Positions 41,107 through 52,029 of a stretch of DNA of 64,000 nt are shown piece by piece. The stretch is from Porphyridium purpureum. Taxonomy: Eukaryota. The translations under genes and the position numbers were made by a program. The notes below the pieces were generated by a model. The model was not told where the DNA came from and made no database searches. It saw nothing but the letters and a program-made list of their open reading frames with translations. Position 1 is the first letter of the stretch; each line of letters opens with the position of its first letter. The stretch lies in NCBI GenBank assembly GCA_008690995.1, contig VRMN01000011.1, positions 1 through 64,000 on the forward strand, given 5' to 3'.

Positions 41107-43605
41107 CTATGCGTGAATTCCTTGCACTGTACTTTGGAACTGATCATACACTTTTGTCGTGAAGTTGTTGGCCGACTTGTCGATCAGCCGATTGAAGACG
41201 CGCTTCCTCTCCGCGGTCGACATCCCAGGTGATAACCGTTGCGACAGGCGACGCATAACATAATCTCGGCCACGCACAAAGCAGGGCATGGCTTCGTTTC
41301 CTTGCATGACCAAATCCACCAAGAGCATCAACGTGGTGCGGTACTTGCACACTGCCGCATATGCCTTGCAGCTCAATTTGCGAAATAGACGAAAGTATCC
41401 ACTTTTCTTACCACCCATTAAGTCGACCATTTCCAGCGTGAGCTTGAAAGGCGCGCGCTCAAACTCACGGTTGCCACCCGGCGAGTTGGAAAGCAGAAAG
41501 CCAAAGTCAATGTGCATAATGTGGCCCCGCGAATCCATCATAATATTGCCATTGTGTCGATCCTTGATTGCAAGCACGTAGCAGATCACAGAGTACGCCG
41601 CCATGGATTCCACAAAGTTCTTCACGGCGCGCTTGTATGCGGCCGAGTTCTTTCCGTATTTTCGTTTGAAGTAGTCTCGCAGCGTCGTGAAGTTGGGCGT
41701 GCTCTTCTTGATCGAATCGATCGACTTGGAATCCACCAGGCCCTCAATGAAGCCGGAATCGGATGAGGTCGCCATAATATCGTACGCGTTCATCCACACC
41801 GGGACTTTTTGTTGCTGGAAGATGCGCTGAAAGAACCGCAGCAGACGCGCCGCAAACATCTCCTGACGTAATTGATCGCGCGCCTTCACAATCACGCTGA
41901 TTAGGCGCCAATTTGGGTCATCCTTAAACGGCGAGCTCCTGCGTATCCTCTCCACCTTGTCGCTCCATGCCTCGCCAAAGCTTTCAATCACACTTTCTTC
42001 ACCCTCCGCCGCCGCAACGGGGTCCACATTATCCGCAGGTGCATCTGAGGTCGCAGTGTCTGTGCCCACGGCTGCACTTGTAGGACGTGCAGACGAGTCG
42101 ATCTCCGCACTTGGCTGTGCCGAATTGTGTTGAAGAAGCAGCGATGTTTTGTGGTCAAACGCGTCTTCGGACTGATTTGGCCGGAGCACCATGACGCTCG
42201 AATTCCCCTCTACCAAACCGCCACCGACATTCGCGGCGGAAACCGACTTGCCTAACTTGCTTTTGGTGCGGCGATGCGTCTTTCGCGACGCTGGCTCCGG
42301 GGCATCTTTCTCTGTCGTGGACGTTGGCAGCTGTTCGGAAATCTCCAACACCAGCATGAAAGGAACCCGCTCTTTTGTTGAAAACGTGAAGCACTCTTCC
42401 GGCACACATCTCAGCACACGGTGGGGGGCGTGGTGCGTCGGCATGAATGCAGAAACCGGAATATGTTTGTTCAGCTCCGTGAGCTCCGCGCGCAACGCTT
42501 GATTTCGCTGAGCCTTCTCCAGATTGAAAAGTTCAAACGAAATATCCGTCAAGCACTTTACAAAGTCGATCTCCGCGTGAAAGACAGTCCTGCGCTCGCG
42601 ACGCTGGTCAATCCACTGGATGATGCCTTCTTCTTGATCCTTGTCCAACCGGCCCAGATCGAGCTTGACATTCGTGAGCCCGTCACCCACGGTATCCAAG
42701 TTGAGCACGTCTCTGTGTTTGACTATCTTTCCATCTGTTGTCTCCGCAATTTCAAGCTCCGCTATACCCACAATATCGGACGGTGCGTTGTGCCGAGCAG
42801 AGTGTCGCTTCGACAAGTTTCCGCCGCCCGCCGCCACAGAATCAGGGGCGGCCGCTACTGTGCCTCGCTCATTACCAGGCGCGGAAGCCACCACGGTCGC
42901 CTTTCCGAACAGGGCGCCGGCTTCTTTGTTATTCATAACCACCGCTTCGACACCCAGAAGCAACTTCATCGTATGATGATGGGACGTGGCCGGCCCGAGA
43001 ACCAGTGACGATGATAGGTACCAAGATGCCCACAGCGCGAATTGAACCGAGCGAAAGCACTCAGAGTAGAGCCAGTTTTCGAGCTTCTCGACGAGTTGGG
43101 ACCGTTTTGCGTAGTTTTGTGTTGCATTAACGCCAGAATTCGCGGTATCGCCGAGGTTTTGCGACGTACTTGAGCTCTGTTTCATACCGTTTGCACTCGC
43201 GCTGTCGGAGAAACCGTACAGAAGGGTATTTACAACAAAAGGTAGCACAAAGCGCCTGATGGCGGGCTCTCTGGCCACGGCCTCCTCGACCCACGGCACG
43301 ACATCTGTATCTGCGAGCAGTCTGCCCAAAGTATGCGCGATCAGATCAGCCAGGCTCACCTGATCGGGCTGCATTTTTTCCGCCGGGGTATCTTCCAGCA
43401 CCTTTCGAATGCGAGCCTTAGTTTCCGGCAAGCCAAGCGCCGCGCCTTGTGTCATGGGGTAAAACTCGGCACCCTTGGAGCCCGCGTCTCCGGAAAAGTC
43501 GCGCGCTCCGTCATTTTCCTCGTCTGAACTCTGCACATCCAACGTAATCCCTTCCTCCTCCTGCGTCCGATCTTTCGGAAAGCATGCTTGAAACGGCGGA
43601 ATCAT
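41107..43605 (-). CDS. PI4KB: Phosphatidylinositol 4-kinase (type III beta / Pik1-like)
   Basis: FSTKERVPFML, SVIVKARDQLRQE, IKDRHNGNIM, HIDFGF, FERAPFKL, YDQFQ; 5' end not certain. Confidence 0.92.
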   Translation of the reverse strand: MIPPFQACFPKDRTQEEEGITLDVQSSDEENDGARDFSGDAGSKGAEFYPMTQGAALGLPETKARIRKVLEDTPAEKMQPDQVSLADLIAHTLGRLLADTDVVPWVEEAVAREPAIRRFVLPFVVNTLLYGFSDSASANGMKQSSSTSQNLGDTANSGVNATQNYAKRSQLVEKLENWLYSECFRSVQFALWASWYLSSSLVLGPATSHHHTMKLLLGVEAVVMNNKEAGALFGKATVVASAPGNERGTVAAAPDSVAAGGGNLSKRHSARHNAPSDIVGIAELEIAETTDGKIVKHRDVLNLDTVGDGLTNVKLDLGRLDKDQEEGIIQWIDQRRERRTVFHAEIDFVKCLTDISFELFNLEKAQRNQALRAELTELNKHIPVSAFMPTHHAPHRVLRCVPEECFTFSTKERVPFMLVLEISEQLPTSTTEKDAPEPASRKTHRRTKSKLGKSVSAANVGGGLVEGNSSVMVLRPNQSEDAFDHKTSLLLQHNSAQPSAEIDSSARPTSAAVGTDTATSDAPADNVDPVAAAEGEESVIESFGEAWSDKVERIRRSSPFKDDPNWRLISVIVKARDQLRQEMFAARLLRFFQRIFQQQKVPVWMNAYDIMATSSDSGFIEGLVDSKSIDSIKKSTPNFTTLRDYFKRKYGKNSAAYKRAVKNFVESMAAYSVICYVLAIKDRHNGNIMMDSRGHIMHIDFGFLLSNSPGGNREFERAPFKLTLEMVDLMGGKKSGYFRLFRKLSCKAYAAVCKYRTTLMLLVDLVMQGNEAMPCFVRGRDYVMRRLSQRLSPGMSTAERKRVFNRLIDKSANNFTTKVYDQFQSTVQGIHA

Positions 43606-44251
43606 CGCACGAGTCTGCGCTCGCTCGCGGCGTCACCTTGCTCAAACTCGATCACGCGCTCCACGTCCCGGACCGCACGTGCCTCGCCCTGCATACCACC
43701 CACTTGTCCCACTCCACCACCCAACCCCGAATCTCTGCACGTGGTCGCACCGCAACCCCGTCGTCTCGCCTCTATTCCCCTCTTCTTCTTCCTCTACCTC
43801 GTGTCTCCACTGCTATCCCACGCCCACATCACTGCATGCCCAACTCATACCAACTGTTCTATTCACACCCTCTTTATGCACCAAATACCCCACTTCACCT
43901 CTTCACCACCTTTTTCGGTCCTTTTCCTTTTTCTGTTTCTCCCGCTTCAAACGTTGACACCAAAACACACACACACACACACCCAGCCCACTGACGTTCG
44001 TCTAACAAATCCGTGCGCGTTTATAGCAGCCGCCGTTTGTGTGGCTGAACCGAACTCTACCTCATCACTGTTCAGCGAGTACAGTTATGAGTACGGTTGG
44101 AAAGGAAGTTGGGGAGAGCAAACCCTGCGCGAAGCGTCAATGGGTGTGAGAGTGTGGCGTATGGGGGACGGAAGAGAAGCAGGGAGACCTGGTGGGCAGG
44201 GCTGTGGGTATGGATAGAGCTGGGGTGATACGGAAGCGCGTCGTGGGGCGG

Positions 44252-45001
44252 ATGAAAGAGCAGGAGGCGGCAGCGGCAGCGGCAGACGTGAGTGTGTTTG
44301 GAACGGCCTCGAGCGCGGCGAGAAAAGGGGACGTGCGTCGGAAGCAGGCGAGTAAGGGCGGCGCGACAGTCAGTCTTTTGGCAGAGTCGGGCTCGGCGAA
44401 GAGAGCAGATGAGGATGATGAGTTCGAGGGCTTGTCGGTAGGCACGCATGGGCTGTATGATGTGCATGAAGTCAAGGCAGTGATGGATGAGCGCGCCAAG
44501 CAGATCGTCGCGGAGGTGTTTGGGTACAAGGAGGAGGTCGCGCCCATTTACGCAAAGATGGCCGTGTCTGTGTTCTCGGTTGTGGCAGCCGCTTACGCGC
44601 AGCTCGTGGCGAACCCGTATGATGAGCGCAAGGCGGAAAACCTGGCTTGCATCGTTCTCTTCATTCTCTGTGCCGTGGTATGGTTTTTCATCGACCACTT
44701 TGTGCAATTCAAAGGCGCGTTCGTCGCGATCCCAGACCACAAGAAACTCGTGGTGCACAAACTGCCCAAACTTGCCATGAATTCGGTGCTGGAACAACCC
44801 GCCCCCATGTACGTTCTCACGGCAGATGTCGTGGCCAAAGGGCGCGTCGCCATGACCCAGCGCTTTGAAGTGGAGTACAACACTGTATTCTTCGAAAATG
44901 GTGATCTGTATGTCTCTGAGTTTGACTCAAAGTTCAAGGCATTCTTCGAATCGATGCAAAGCAAATGGGTCGAGCAAAGCAAGAGCGCAAGAATCAAATA
45001 G
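44252..45001 (+). CDS. SPCS2: Signal peptidase complex subunit 2 (SPC25)
   Basis: LYDVHEVKAVMDE...GYKE, two TM helices, VFFENGDL; start uncertain (44210 or 44252). Confidence 0.75.
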   Translation: MKEQEAAAAAADVSVFGTASSAARKGDVRRKQASKGGATVSLLAESGSAKRADEDDEFEGLSVGTHGLYDVHEVKAVMDERAKQIVAEVFGYKEEVAPIYAKMAVSVFSVVAAAYAQLVANPYDERKAENLACIVLFILCAVVWFFIDHFVQFKGAFVAIPDHKKLVVHKLPKLAMNSVLEQPAPMYVLTADVVAKGRVAMTQRFEVEYNTVFFENGDLYVSEFDSKFKAFFESMQSKWVEQSKSARIK

Positions 45002-45040
45002 CTAGGTTCACTTGTTCCTCCAAGTTTCTCGGAAGGAGAA

Positions 45041-45704
45041 CTAGTACAGTATACACTCTTCCACCATTTGGCGCAAGCGCGGGTTCTCGAGTGCCGCGGC
45101 CACCCGCTCCTTGTCATTGAGCTGCTTTGTGATGTCCCGATCTGTGGCGTGCGTGCCTTCGACCACCTTGATGTCCAGCTTGTAGTTGGGCGGTAGCACG
45201 TCGAGCTGCATAATCTTTGTGCGGATGCACAGCCCAATCAGCGATGCCAGCGAACAATGCGGCACCGTCGGTGTAAAGTAAACTTCCACCACACCATACG
45301 TGCGTTTCTGCGCCGCGTCGCTCTCGGTCACCTGGACGCTCTCCTCATCTACCACTGACAGCTCTTCCAGGGTGTGCGGATGTTCCGGGTCGCGGATGTC
45401 CCGAATCGTTTCTGCGAATCAAACACAACAAAAGACATCAAACCACTTGCGCAGGAAAATTTGGCGGGTCAGCTTCCATCTCGGCATAATACAGTAGGCA
45501 CCCCATCCGCGGCAGGCTGTGCAAGCCACCGGCACCTCTCCAGCTCCGTGTCAACGTACCATATATGTTCTCGGCCAGCGTCAGCGGCCGGCCTGGACTG
45601 TCCGTGTGGGAATTGACGTCCTGCCGCTCCACGCGGTCGCGCCTCTTGACGCTGGGATTTGGATTGTCAAGCACGGCAGTCGCGGGCATTGTTGCTGCGT
45701 CCAT
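45041..45704 (-). CDS. CIA2: Cytosolic Fe-S assembly component CIA2/MIP18 (FAM96), two exons (45704-45560 and 45411-45041)
   Basis: GTACGT...GCAG intron at 45559-45412 with a CTGAC branch-like site joins LDNPNP...[59 protein letters not shown]. Confidence 0.93.
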
Positions 45705-46065
45705 GGCGCAGTTGTCCAAGCAGGTCGCGTTCCTAGTCAAACTCGAAGCGTTGCGCGAGTCGCTTGCGCTGGACAACGACCACGCGCGGCAGTTGGAATC
45801 ACGCTTCGAGGCGAACAACAGGGTCTTGAGCGGAGCTGCGCGCCAGCAAAACAACGCCGGAGCGACGTGGTTTTCCCTCGGCGGTGGCTCGTTTGTGTTC
45901 GCGGACCAGCGCGCACTCGGCGATCACCTACAGCGCGAACAAGACCAACTACGGCGCGAAATCACTACGCTCGAGCGAGCGATTTTAGCCAAGGAGCGCG
46001 AGCTGGCGCGGCTCGAGTTTGATTACCGTGCCGAAATTGCGGCGCTACGTGCGTCGTCCGAGTGA
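45703..46065 (+). CDS. PDRG1: Prefoldin-like protein, PDRG1 family
   Basis: Coiled coil, beta hairpin (TWFSLGGGSFV), coiled coil (LQREQDQLRREITTLERAILAKERELARLE); the only in-frame ATG is at 45703. Confidence 0.7.
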   Translation: MAQLSKQVAFLVKLEALRESLALDNDHARQLESRFEANNRVLSGAARQQNNAGATWFSLGGGSFVFADQRALGDHLQREQDQLRREITTLERAILAKERELARLEFDYRAEIAALRASSE

Positions 46066-46090
46066 GGAGAAAAATATTGCGAGAGCGGTG

Positions 46091-47002
46091 ATGGCAACAG
46101 TAGCAGCCATGAGCCGGTCTGTGCTCACTGCGCTAGCAGTCCTTCTTCTATTGGCGCGGTGCGTGCCCGCAAGCATACCAAGCCTGCCAGGTGTTCTGAC
46201 GGACGTGGCTCCCAATGTGGAACAGGCAGGCACTGCAATTAACGAGGCCTCCTTGAGTGCGTTTGAGCAGGCCAAACTGTTCCTGCACGTGCATGCGCGC
46301 GGAATGATTGGCGCGTGCATTCCTCTCGGCTTGGTCGTCATGTGTTATGGGTATTTTGTGCTGTACGCGGCCATCTTTCTGGTGGGATTCAGCGCTGGCG
46401 CATTTATAGTATACTTCGCTGTGCTGAGCCTAGTTGGAAGCGGCGCGGCAGCCGATGCGACCGGCTCAATCACGTGGGTGCCCTTCGTGGCTGCAATTCT
46501 GGGAGGCATTTGTAGCGGCCTGCTGGCTCTCTACCTCATCAAGTTCGGAGTCTTTCTGATTGGCGCGGCGTTGGGGGTCGTCGTGGCATTGGCCGCAGAC
46601 TCCATTTACGTGCTCATTCAGCCGAGTCGGCACGTGTACTTGCTCTACTTGGGCATGATCGTTTTGGCACTGCTGTTTGGCCTGTTGGCGCTCCGCGCGC
46701 AGGTGCAAATGATGATTCTGTTCACGGCATTCTTCGGCGCCTTTCTTGCCTTGTACGGCACAGGCTACTTTCTGGGCCACTTTCCGGCCTGGACGACCAT
46801 GAATGACTCGACGGTGCTGCGAGATCCCATCGCCGTGCTCTACTTGGTGCTGTATGTCGCGCTCGGCTCATTGGGCTGTGCGGTCCAGCTCCGCATTCTG
46901 AGTCGGAAAACGAATCGCTCGCGCGATGGCGGCGGCGATTTCATGCATGACGGTTCTGGTTATGGTAAGCTGCGGGTCATAATTGACGACGACGATGACT
47001 AG
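46091..47002 (+). CDS. Multi-pass membrane protein, TMEM198/DUF4203-like
   Basis: Signal peptide and about 7 Gly-rich TM helices (GLVVMCYGY, FLVGFSAG, GVFLIGAALG, TAFFGAF, GCAVQ). Confidence 0.75.
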   Translation: MATVAAMSRSVLTALAVLLLLARCVPASIPSLPGVLTDVAPNVEQAGTAINEASLSAFEQAKLFLHVHARGMIGACIPLGLVVMCYGYFVLYAAIFLVGFSAGAFIVYFAVLSLVGSGAAADATGSITWVPFVAAILGGICSGLLALYLIKFGVFLIGAALGVVVALAADSIYVLIQPSRHVYLLYLGMIVLALLFGLLALRAQVQMMILFTAFFGAFLALYGTGYFLGHFPAWTTMNDSTVLRDPIAVLYLVLYVALGSLGCAVQLRILSRKTNRSRDGGGDFMHDGSGYGKLRVIIDDDDD

Positions 47003-47197
47003 GTCGTCCACAAATGCTGACGGACTGCCGACCCGGCCGCGAGCCCACGCAGAAGATTCGTGTCCATCCGGGAGGGCCCTGAGGCTGAGTTCGTTTGAGC
47101 ATCTCGTACACGAGTGGATTTTCTGTGATTTTCGGTTTTATTTCTTAAAAAAACAGATGGTTCCGACTCGAGCAAATAGGAAGGGCCGTGAGTAGCA

Positions 47198-47716
47198 TCA
47201 GATCTGCTTCAGCTCGAAAACCTGCTCGCAGAGTGGGCAGCACGCTTGCTTTCCAGCCTCCACCAGGATCCACAGAATATCGTGATCGTGCGGCGCCTCG
47301 TCGCCCGTGCAGCCCACGATACGTGAGTCAAACGCGCTCTCCACGTACGTTGGTTCCTCTGTTGTGCCAAACGGGCCGACGATCATGTCATTGTGAGCAA
47401 ACATCTTTGGGTTCTCGATCTCCGCCTTCTCGAGACCCGCGGCTTGAGTCATGGAATCTGGCACTTGGCCCGGCGGCGTGGGCTTGATGTCATACAGCTT
47501 ATCGAGCTCGCTGCGATACGCGGCAGCATTTGTGTCGTGCGCGTCGCCGCCAAATGCGCGACGCGCCATCGTGGCCTCCCCGCCGCTTCCGGCCAACCGA
47601 CACACGTTCACGGACGCCCCCGAGGCCATCGCCGCCGCGAGCGCCGCATGCTGATGCTGCTGGTGGCTCAGCGCGACCTGCGCCCGCCGCGCAAAGCGCG
47701 CGTATCTCATCGCCAT
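47198..47716 (-). CDS. COX5B: Cytochrome c oxidase subunit 5b
   Basis: QAAGLEKAE, GPFGTTEEP..VES.FDSRIVGC, HDILW, CPLCEQVFEL; mitochondrial presequence. Confidence 0.92.
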   Translation of the reverse strand: MAMRYARFARRAQVALSHQQHQHAALAAAMASGASVNVCRLAGSGGEATMARRAFGGDAHDTNAAAYRSELDKLYDIKPTPPGQVPDSMTQAAGLEKAEIENPKMFAHNDMIVGPFGTTEEPTYVESAFDSRIVGCTGDEAPHDHDILWILVEAGKQACCPLCEQVFELKQI

Positions 47717-48468
47717 TCTCACACGCGGGAAGCGCTCAGGGGAAACCGCTCGGGCACGGCCTGTACGAAGCACCACGCGGCTGCGAACACACGCCCACAC
47801 AACCCACGAGACGCCCTACCTTCCGCGCGGAGCCAAACCACCTGCGTCTTTCGGACCCGCCCCCTCTCCCCGCCACCCGCCTGCTTCCAATTCTTCCTCG
47901 TCCCGCTCACTGCGTCTATTCCCCCGTTCAATCCAACCACCCATGCCCGAACGCCCGCCTTTGCCCCATCACTTGCACACCCATTTTACCCGGCCTGCGG
48001 GGTGGGGGGGGTGCGGCAAGTTCCGCGTGTGGTTCAGTGCGGCACGCGCTCTATGTAAAACGACGCGCGGCGCTATAAACACACCCTGCCGCACCGCGCT
48101 GTGATTGCCCGGATCATCAAGCAGCACAGTACCCCGAACCCACCAACCAGCACGGAGCCGTCGCTGTACCCACAACCCATCACCCGAAGCAGGTGCGAGG
48201 ATGTACAGCTTCGCAGTACATCTGTGATGGCATAAACATGCGCCATTGCTCGATCTGATTCGTGGGGGGAGCGGAGCTGAGCGCGCGCAAAAGTGGGGCG
48301 AGAATCAGCCCCTGCGGCGGCTTGCAAAATCATAAAATGAATGCGTTTTGTCGGCTTGCACGCGGTTTGATAAGGAAACGAGTGTGTTTTTCGAGGCGGG
48401 TGGTGACGTTGGTGCTTTTTTTTCTTTTTCCATGTGTGGATAAGTGTGGGTTTTCTAGTAGTAGGCTT

Positions 48469-48490
48469 CGTAGTAGTAGTAGTAGTAGTA
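48469..48490. repeat. (GTA)n microsatellite
   Basis: Seen directly. Confidence 0.85.
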
Positions 48491-48783
48491 CGAAGTTTGG
48501 GTGGACCGATAGACAGATAGAAGAACGAGGCGCGCGTGTATAAGAAGAAGCAAGTGCGGAACTAAGAAAAAGGAAAGACAAGGGCAAACTACACGACTAG
48601 CGTAAAGAGAAGAAGACGAAGACTGGAACGCGCAGAAAAGGAAAAGGAAAGGTTGGTTTGCTAGTAACGAACGTGTGGGAAAGTATCTGAGTGGACCTAG
48701 TAGTGCAGCACCGCTTGCGTGTGAGTCAGGTTGGCGGGAGGCGTGGAGAAGGAGGAGGGGTAAACCGGTAAGAAGCAGAAAGC

Positions 48784-49351
48784 ATGGTGAAGGGAAAGAA
48801 GGTTCGGGCAGATTCGGAGAAGCCCAAGAAACTGAGTCCGGTACGTTGAGAAGAGGCTGTTCGCCGGCGAGGTTGGTGGTGGTGGGCGTGACGACGGAGG
48901 TTGGGATGGCGCATGCGCGTGGCGGCGGCGGCGGCGGCGGTTGAACGGCGCCGGCAGGGGCGGCGTGGCGGTGATCTTTCCTCCGGAGTAGTCCGTGGAC
49001 GTGCGTGCCCGTGGGTTGTGTGGAGGGTTGATCATCGTGGCGCGCTAGTGCTTCGTTCGTCACTCGGCGCGCATTCCCACCGAGCATCCCACCCCATTGA
49101 GCGTGGTTTTGTGTTGTTGTGTAGAGAAGACGAGCAAGATGACTAACTTTGAGTTCGCCCGTGTTTACCTGTTGTTTCCTACGATCATTGAACGGCGTCT
49201 CGCTCCACAGTATAACCAGTTTATGAAGAACAATGTCTCCAAGGTGAAGGCCGATAACCCGGGCATCACCCACAAAGAGGCATTCAAGCAGGTTGCGCTG
49301 ATGTGGGCGACAGCCAAGGAGAACCCAAAGGTCAATAAGGAGGTTGCTTAA
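48784..49351 (+). CDS. 65-aa YABBY/HMG-box-like microprotein, two exons (48784-48840 and 49211-49351)
   Basis: GTACGT donor at 48841, GACTAAC branch site near 49141, CAG acceptor at 49210; spliced product MVKGKKVRADSEKPKKLSPYNQFMKNNVSKVKADNPGITHKEAFKQVALMWATAKENPK... Confidence 0.85.
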
Positions 49352-49904
49352 AGCACACGTCGCACTGCCGTCGAAGAGCCGACATTGGCAAAGTTGGTTG
49401 GCGTGCGGTCCCGGCTGGAACGCTGGGACGAAGATTTATGTGTGCGTGTGGAGAATCATTGAAAGCTTGTTACACCGTCTTGTGCTTTGTGACGCCAACA
49501 AGCCGGTCAAGGTGTTGTGATGACTGCAGTTGGCGCACGAACGAGAGACTAATAAAACTGCAGACTTGTCTTGTGTTTTGTTGATGGTCAGCGGCCACGG
49601 CGCACGATACCTTTCTACATCTGCATCACGGCAGTATTGCTTCATTTTTCACCACCCGCAGAATCGCGCTCTGCTTGAGTTTCTTGCAGCCCGCGCCGGG
49701 CAGGTAATGCTTGTGTCTTATTTTTCCATCCTTTTCCTACAATTCTCCGAGGTCGCTCCTGCGGGAATAGCAAGGGAACGAGCCCCATTTACGCTCCTTG
49801 ATGTTGAGTTCGCAAACAAGCGCGAGGGAAAAAGGGTGGGGTAGCCAAGCGAACGAGAGAGAGAGAGAGAGACAAAGACACAGAGAGAAAAGGGACAACG
49901 CCCC

Positions 49905-50906
49905 ATGCTTGCGTTTGGTTTATCCTTTGCGCCCGCATTAAACCATGGGCAGCGGCTCGCGGCGCCGCACCCAGTGGTGTCGCGCGGAGGGCCTTATTGC
50001 GTGGAGGCACGCAGAAGTGCGGTGCGGATGATGAGCAGCAGCGCGGCAGCAGCGCCGTCGCCATCCAGCGGCAACGGCAAGCCGCATGGAGGCGCGCCGG
50101 AAAAGCACAAGAAGGACAAGTCGATTAAGCTCATTGGGCTCCTCTTTGCGATCGTGACATTTGCGTGGTCGATCCCGCTGTTCTGCATCATGCTGGTGGC
50201 GCACCCGTTCGTTAAACTGTTTGACGCCAAGCAGCGCAAGTTCCAGGACTTTATCTCAAACCTCTGGTGCAGGCTGTCGATGCTGACCGTCGGCATCAAG
50301 CCGCGCATGATTGGTGCCGAAAACTTACCAAAAAAGGACGAGGTGGTGATCTACGTGGCAAACCACACCAGCTTCACAGACATCTACACGATGGCGTGGC
50401 TCGACCGCAGGGCCAAGTGGGTGGCCAAGGTGGAGGTGCTACGCATCCCCATTGTTGGCTGGGCGATGCAGATGACCAAGCACGTGTGTTTGCAGCGTGG
50501 CGACCGCCGCGCGCAGCTCGAGGCGTATCGTGCGATGCTTCAGACGCTCAAGGACGGGAACTCGCTTGTCGTGTACCCCGAAGGCACGCGCAGCTCGGAT
50601 GGCCGCCTGCGCAGATTCCAGAGCGGCGCATTCAAGGCCGCAAAGTCCGTGAACGTACCCGTGATTCCGCTCACGCTCCTGGGCACCCGGGACTTTATGC
50701 CGGCTAGCGCGTACCTGCCTGTGCAATACCCGAAGAACGGAGTGCAGATTGTGGTGCATCCCCGCATCATGCCAGACCATCACACAGACGCTGAAATGCT
50801 TTCGCTTGCGTTTGAGGCCATCGACTCTGCTTTACCGCGCGAGTTGCAGGCTGGATCCGCACGTGTTCCTGCGGAAGGCGAGACGTCGGCGGGCTCGACT
50901 GTGTGA
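49905..50906 (+). CDS. plsC: Plastid 1-acyl-sn-glycerol-3-phosphate acyltransferase (LPAAT)
   Basis: VANHTSFTD (NHx4D), IPIVGWAM, YPEGTRS, VPVIP; MLAF transit peptide. Confidence 0.93.
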   Translation: MLAFGLSFAPALNHGQRLAAPHPVVSRGGPYCVEARRSAVRMMSSSAAAAPSPSSGNGKPHGGAPEKHKKDKSIKLIGLLFAIVTFAWSIPLFCIMLVAHPFVKLFDAKQRKFQDFISNLWCRLSMLTVGIKPRMIGAENLPKKDEVVIYVANHTSFTDIYTMAWLDRRAKWVAKVEVLRIPIVGWAMQMTKHVCLQRGDRRAQLEAYRAMLQTLKDGNSLVVYPEGTRSSDGRLRRFQSGAFKAAKSVNVPVIPLTLLGTRDFMPASAYLPVQYPKNGVQIVVHPRIMPDHHTDAEMLSLAFEAIDSALPRELQAGSARVPAEGETSAGSTV

Positions 50907-52029
50907 TGCCCGTCGTCGTCGGGCCTCGCCACGCCCGCCTGATCTGATGGGACGCCGCGTCAGAACTCCTGTCACGTTTTGCACGCGCGGAAGCATATGT
51001 CCGCACATGCTGTTGTTCTGCAAAGCACCATTCCTCGTGTTAGCGCCTGGTCTCGTGTCTGCCGCACGGTCGGAAGCGCCGAGGCCAGCGCGCCTTGTGC
51101 CATCATCAACTGAAGCCCGACCACAGAACACTTAGACAGCAGTCGAAGGAAAATAAAGCCCCTTCCAACCAGCTCGAAGCGTAGCCCACCACGCATCAGC
51201 CTTTCCTCAAGCCGAGCAGCTGCTCCTCCGGACCCAATACCCACCCACCAGCATCCGGATGACCCTCAACGCCACGGAGTGCCCCATGCTGACCTCACTG
51301 AACCGCACTGAACTTCCAGCACGCTGTACGAGCTGTACCCTACACCCGCACACACCCGTGTGCGTTTTGTGGTGAAGCGCGTGTGTCAGCGCGCGCGCTG
51401 CAGGGTTGCGTGGAATACCGCGTTGCGCGCGCCGATTCCGCACGCGGAATTACTGGGCGTGCGAGCGTGCGTCCCGAACGCGCAGCGCGGCGGCTGTACA
51501 CTATGCATCGTGGCGGTGTTCAGCTCGGACGCGCGACAAACGCGCGCGCGCGCACGCGGTGTGGGTGAGAGCGAGAGAAAGGACGCACGGAAAAGACTTT
51601 GGAAAATAAGGCGCGTGAAATCGAGCGGGGTTGGGAAGAGGGGTGGGAGGGGGGATAGCGGTGCATGGCACAGGGGAGGAGAAGGGAGGGGAAGGGGGGG
51701 AAGGGGAAGGGCGGACGTGCACGAGAGATCGAGCGGGGCCGGGGGAGGTGGGCGGTGTTGGTAGGGCGGGTCTGAGGTGGGGGGAATAAGTGTGCGTGGG
51801 GGGTGTTCGTTGAGTGTGCTGACGGTGGGGCGAGCGCGAGGGGCGAGGGCGCCGTCGTGTTGATCTGCGACAGGGTAGGCGGGAAGGGGGGGTGGGCCGG
51901 GGCAGACGGCGCGGCGTGGCGGAGGGTTGGATGAGTCGGCAGCTTGGTGCCCGCGCGGGCAATGAGGTGGACGGAAAGATGCATGCGGGTGAGGGGCAAG
52001 AGGTGGCTGCGTTTGGGCAGACGTCCCCC

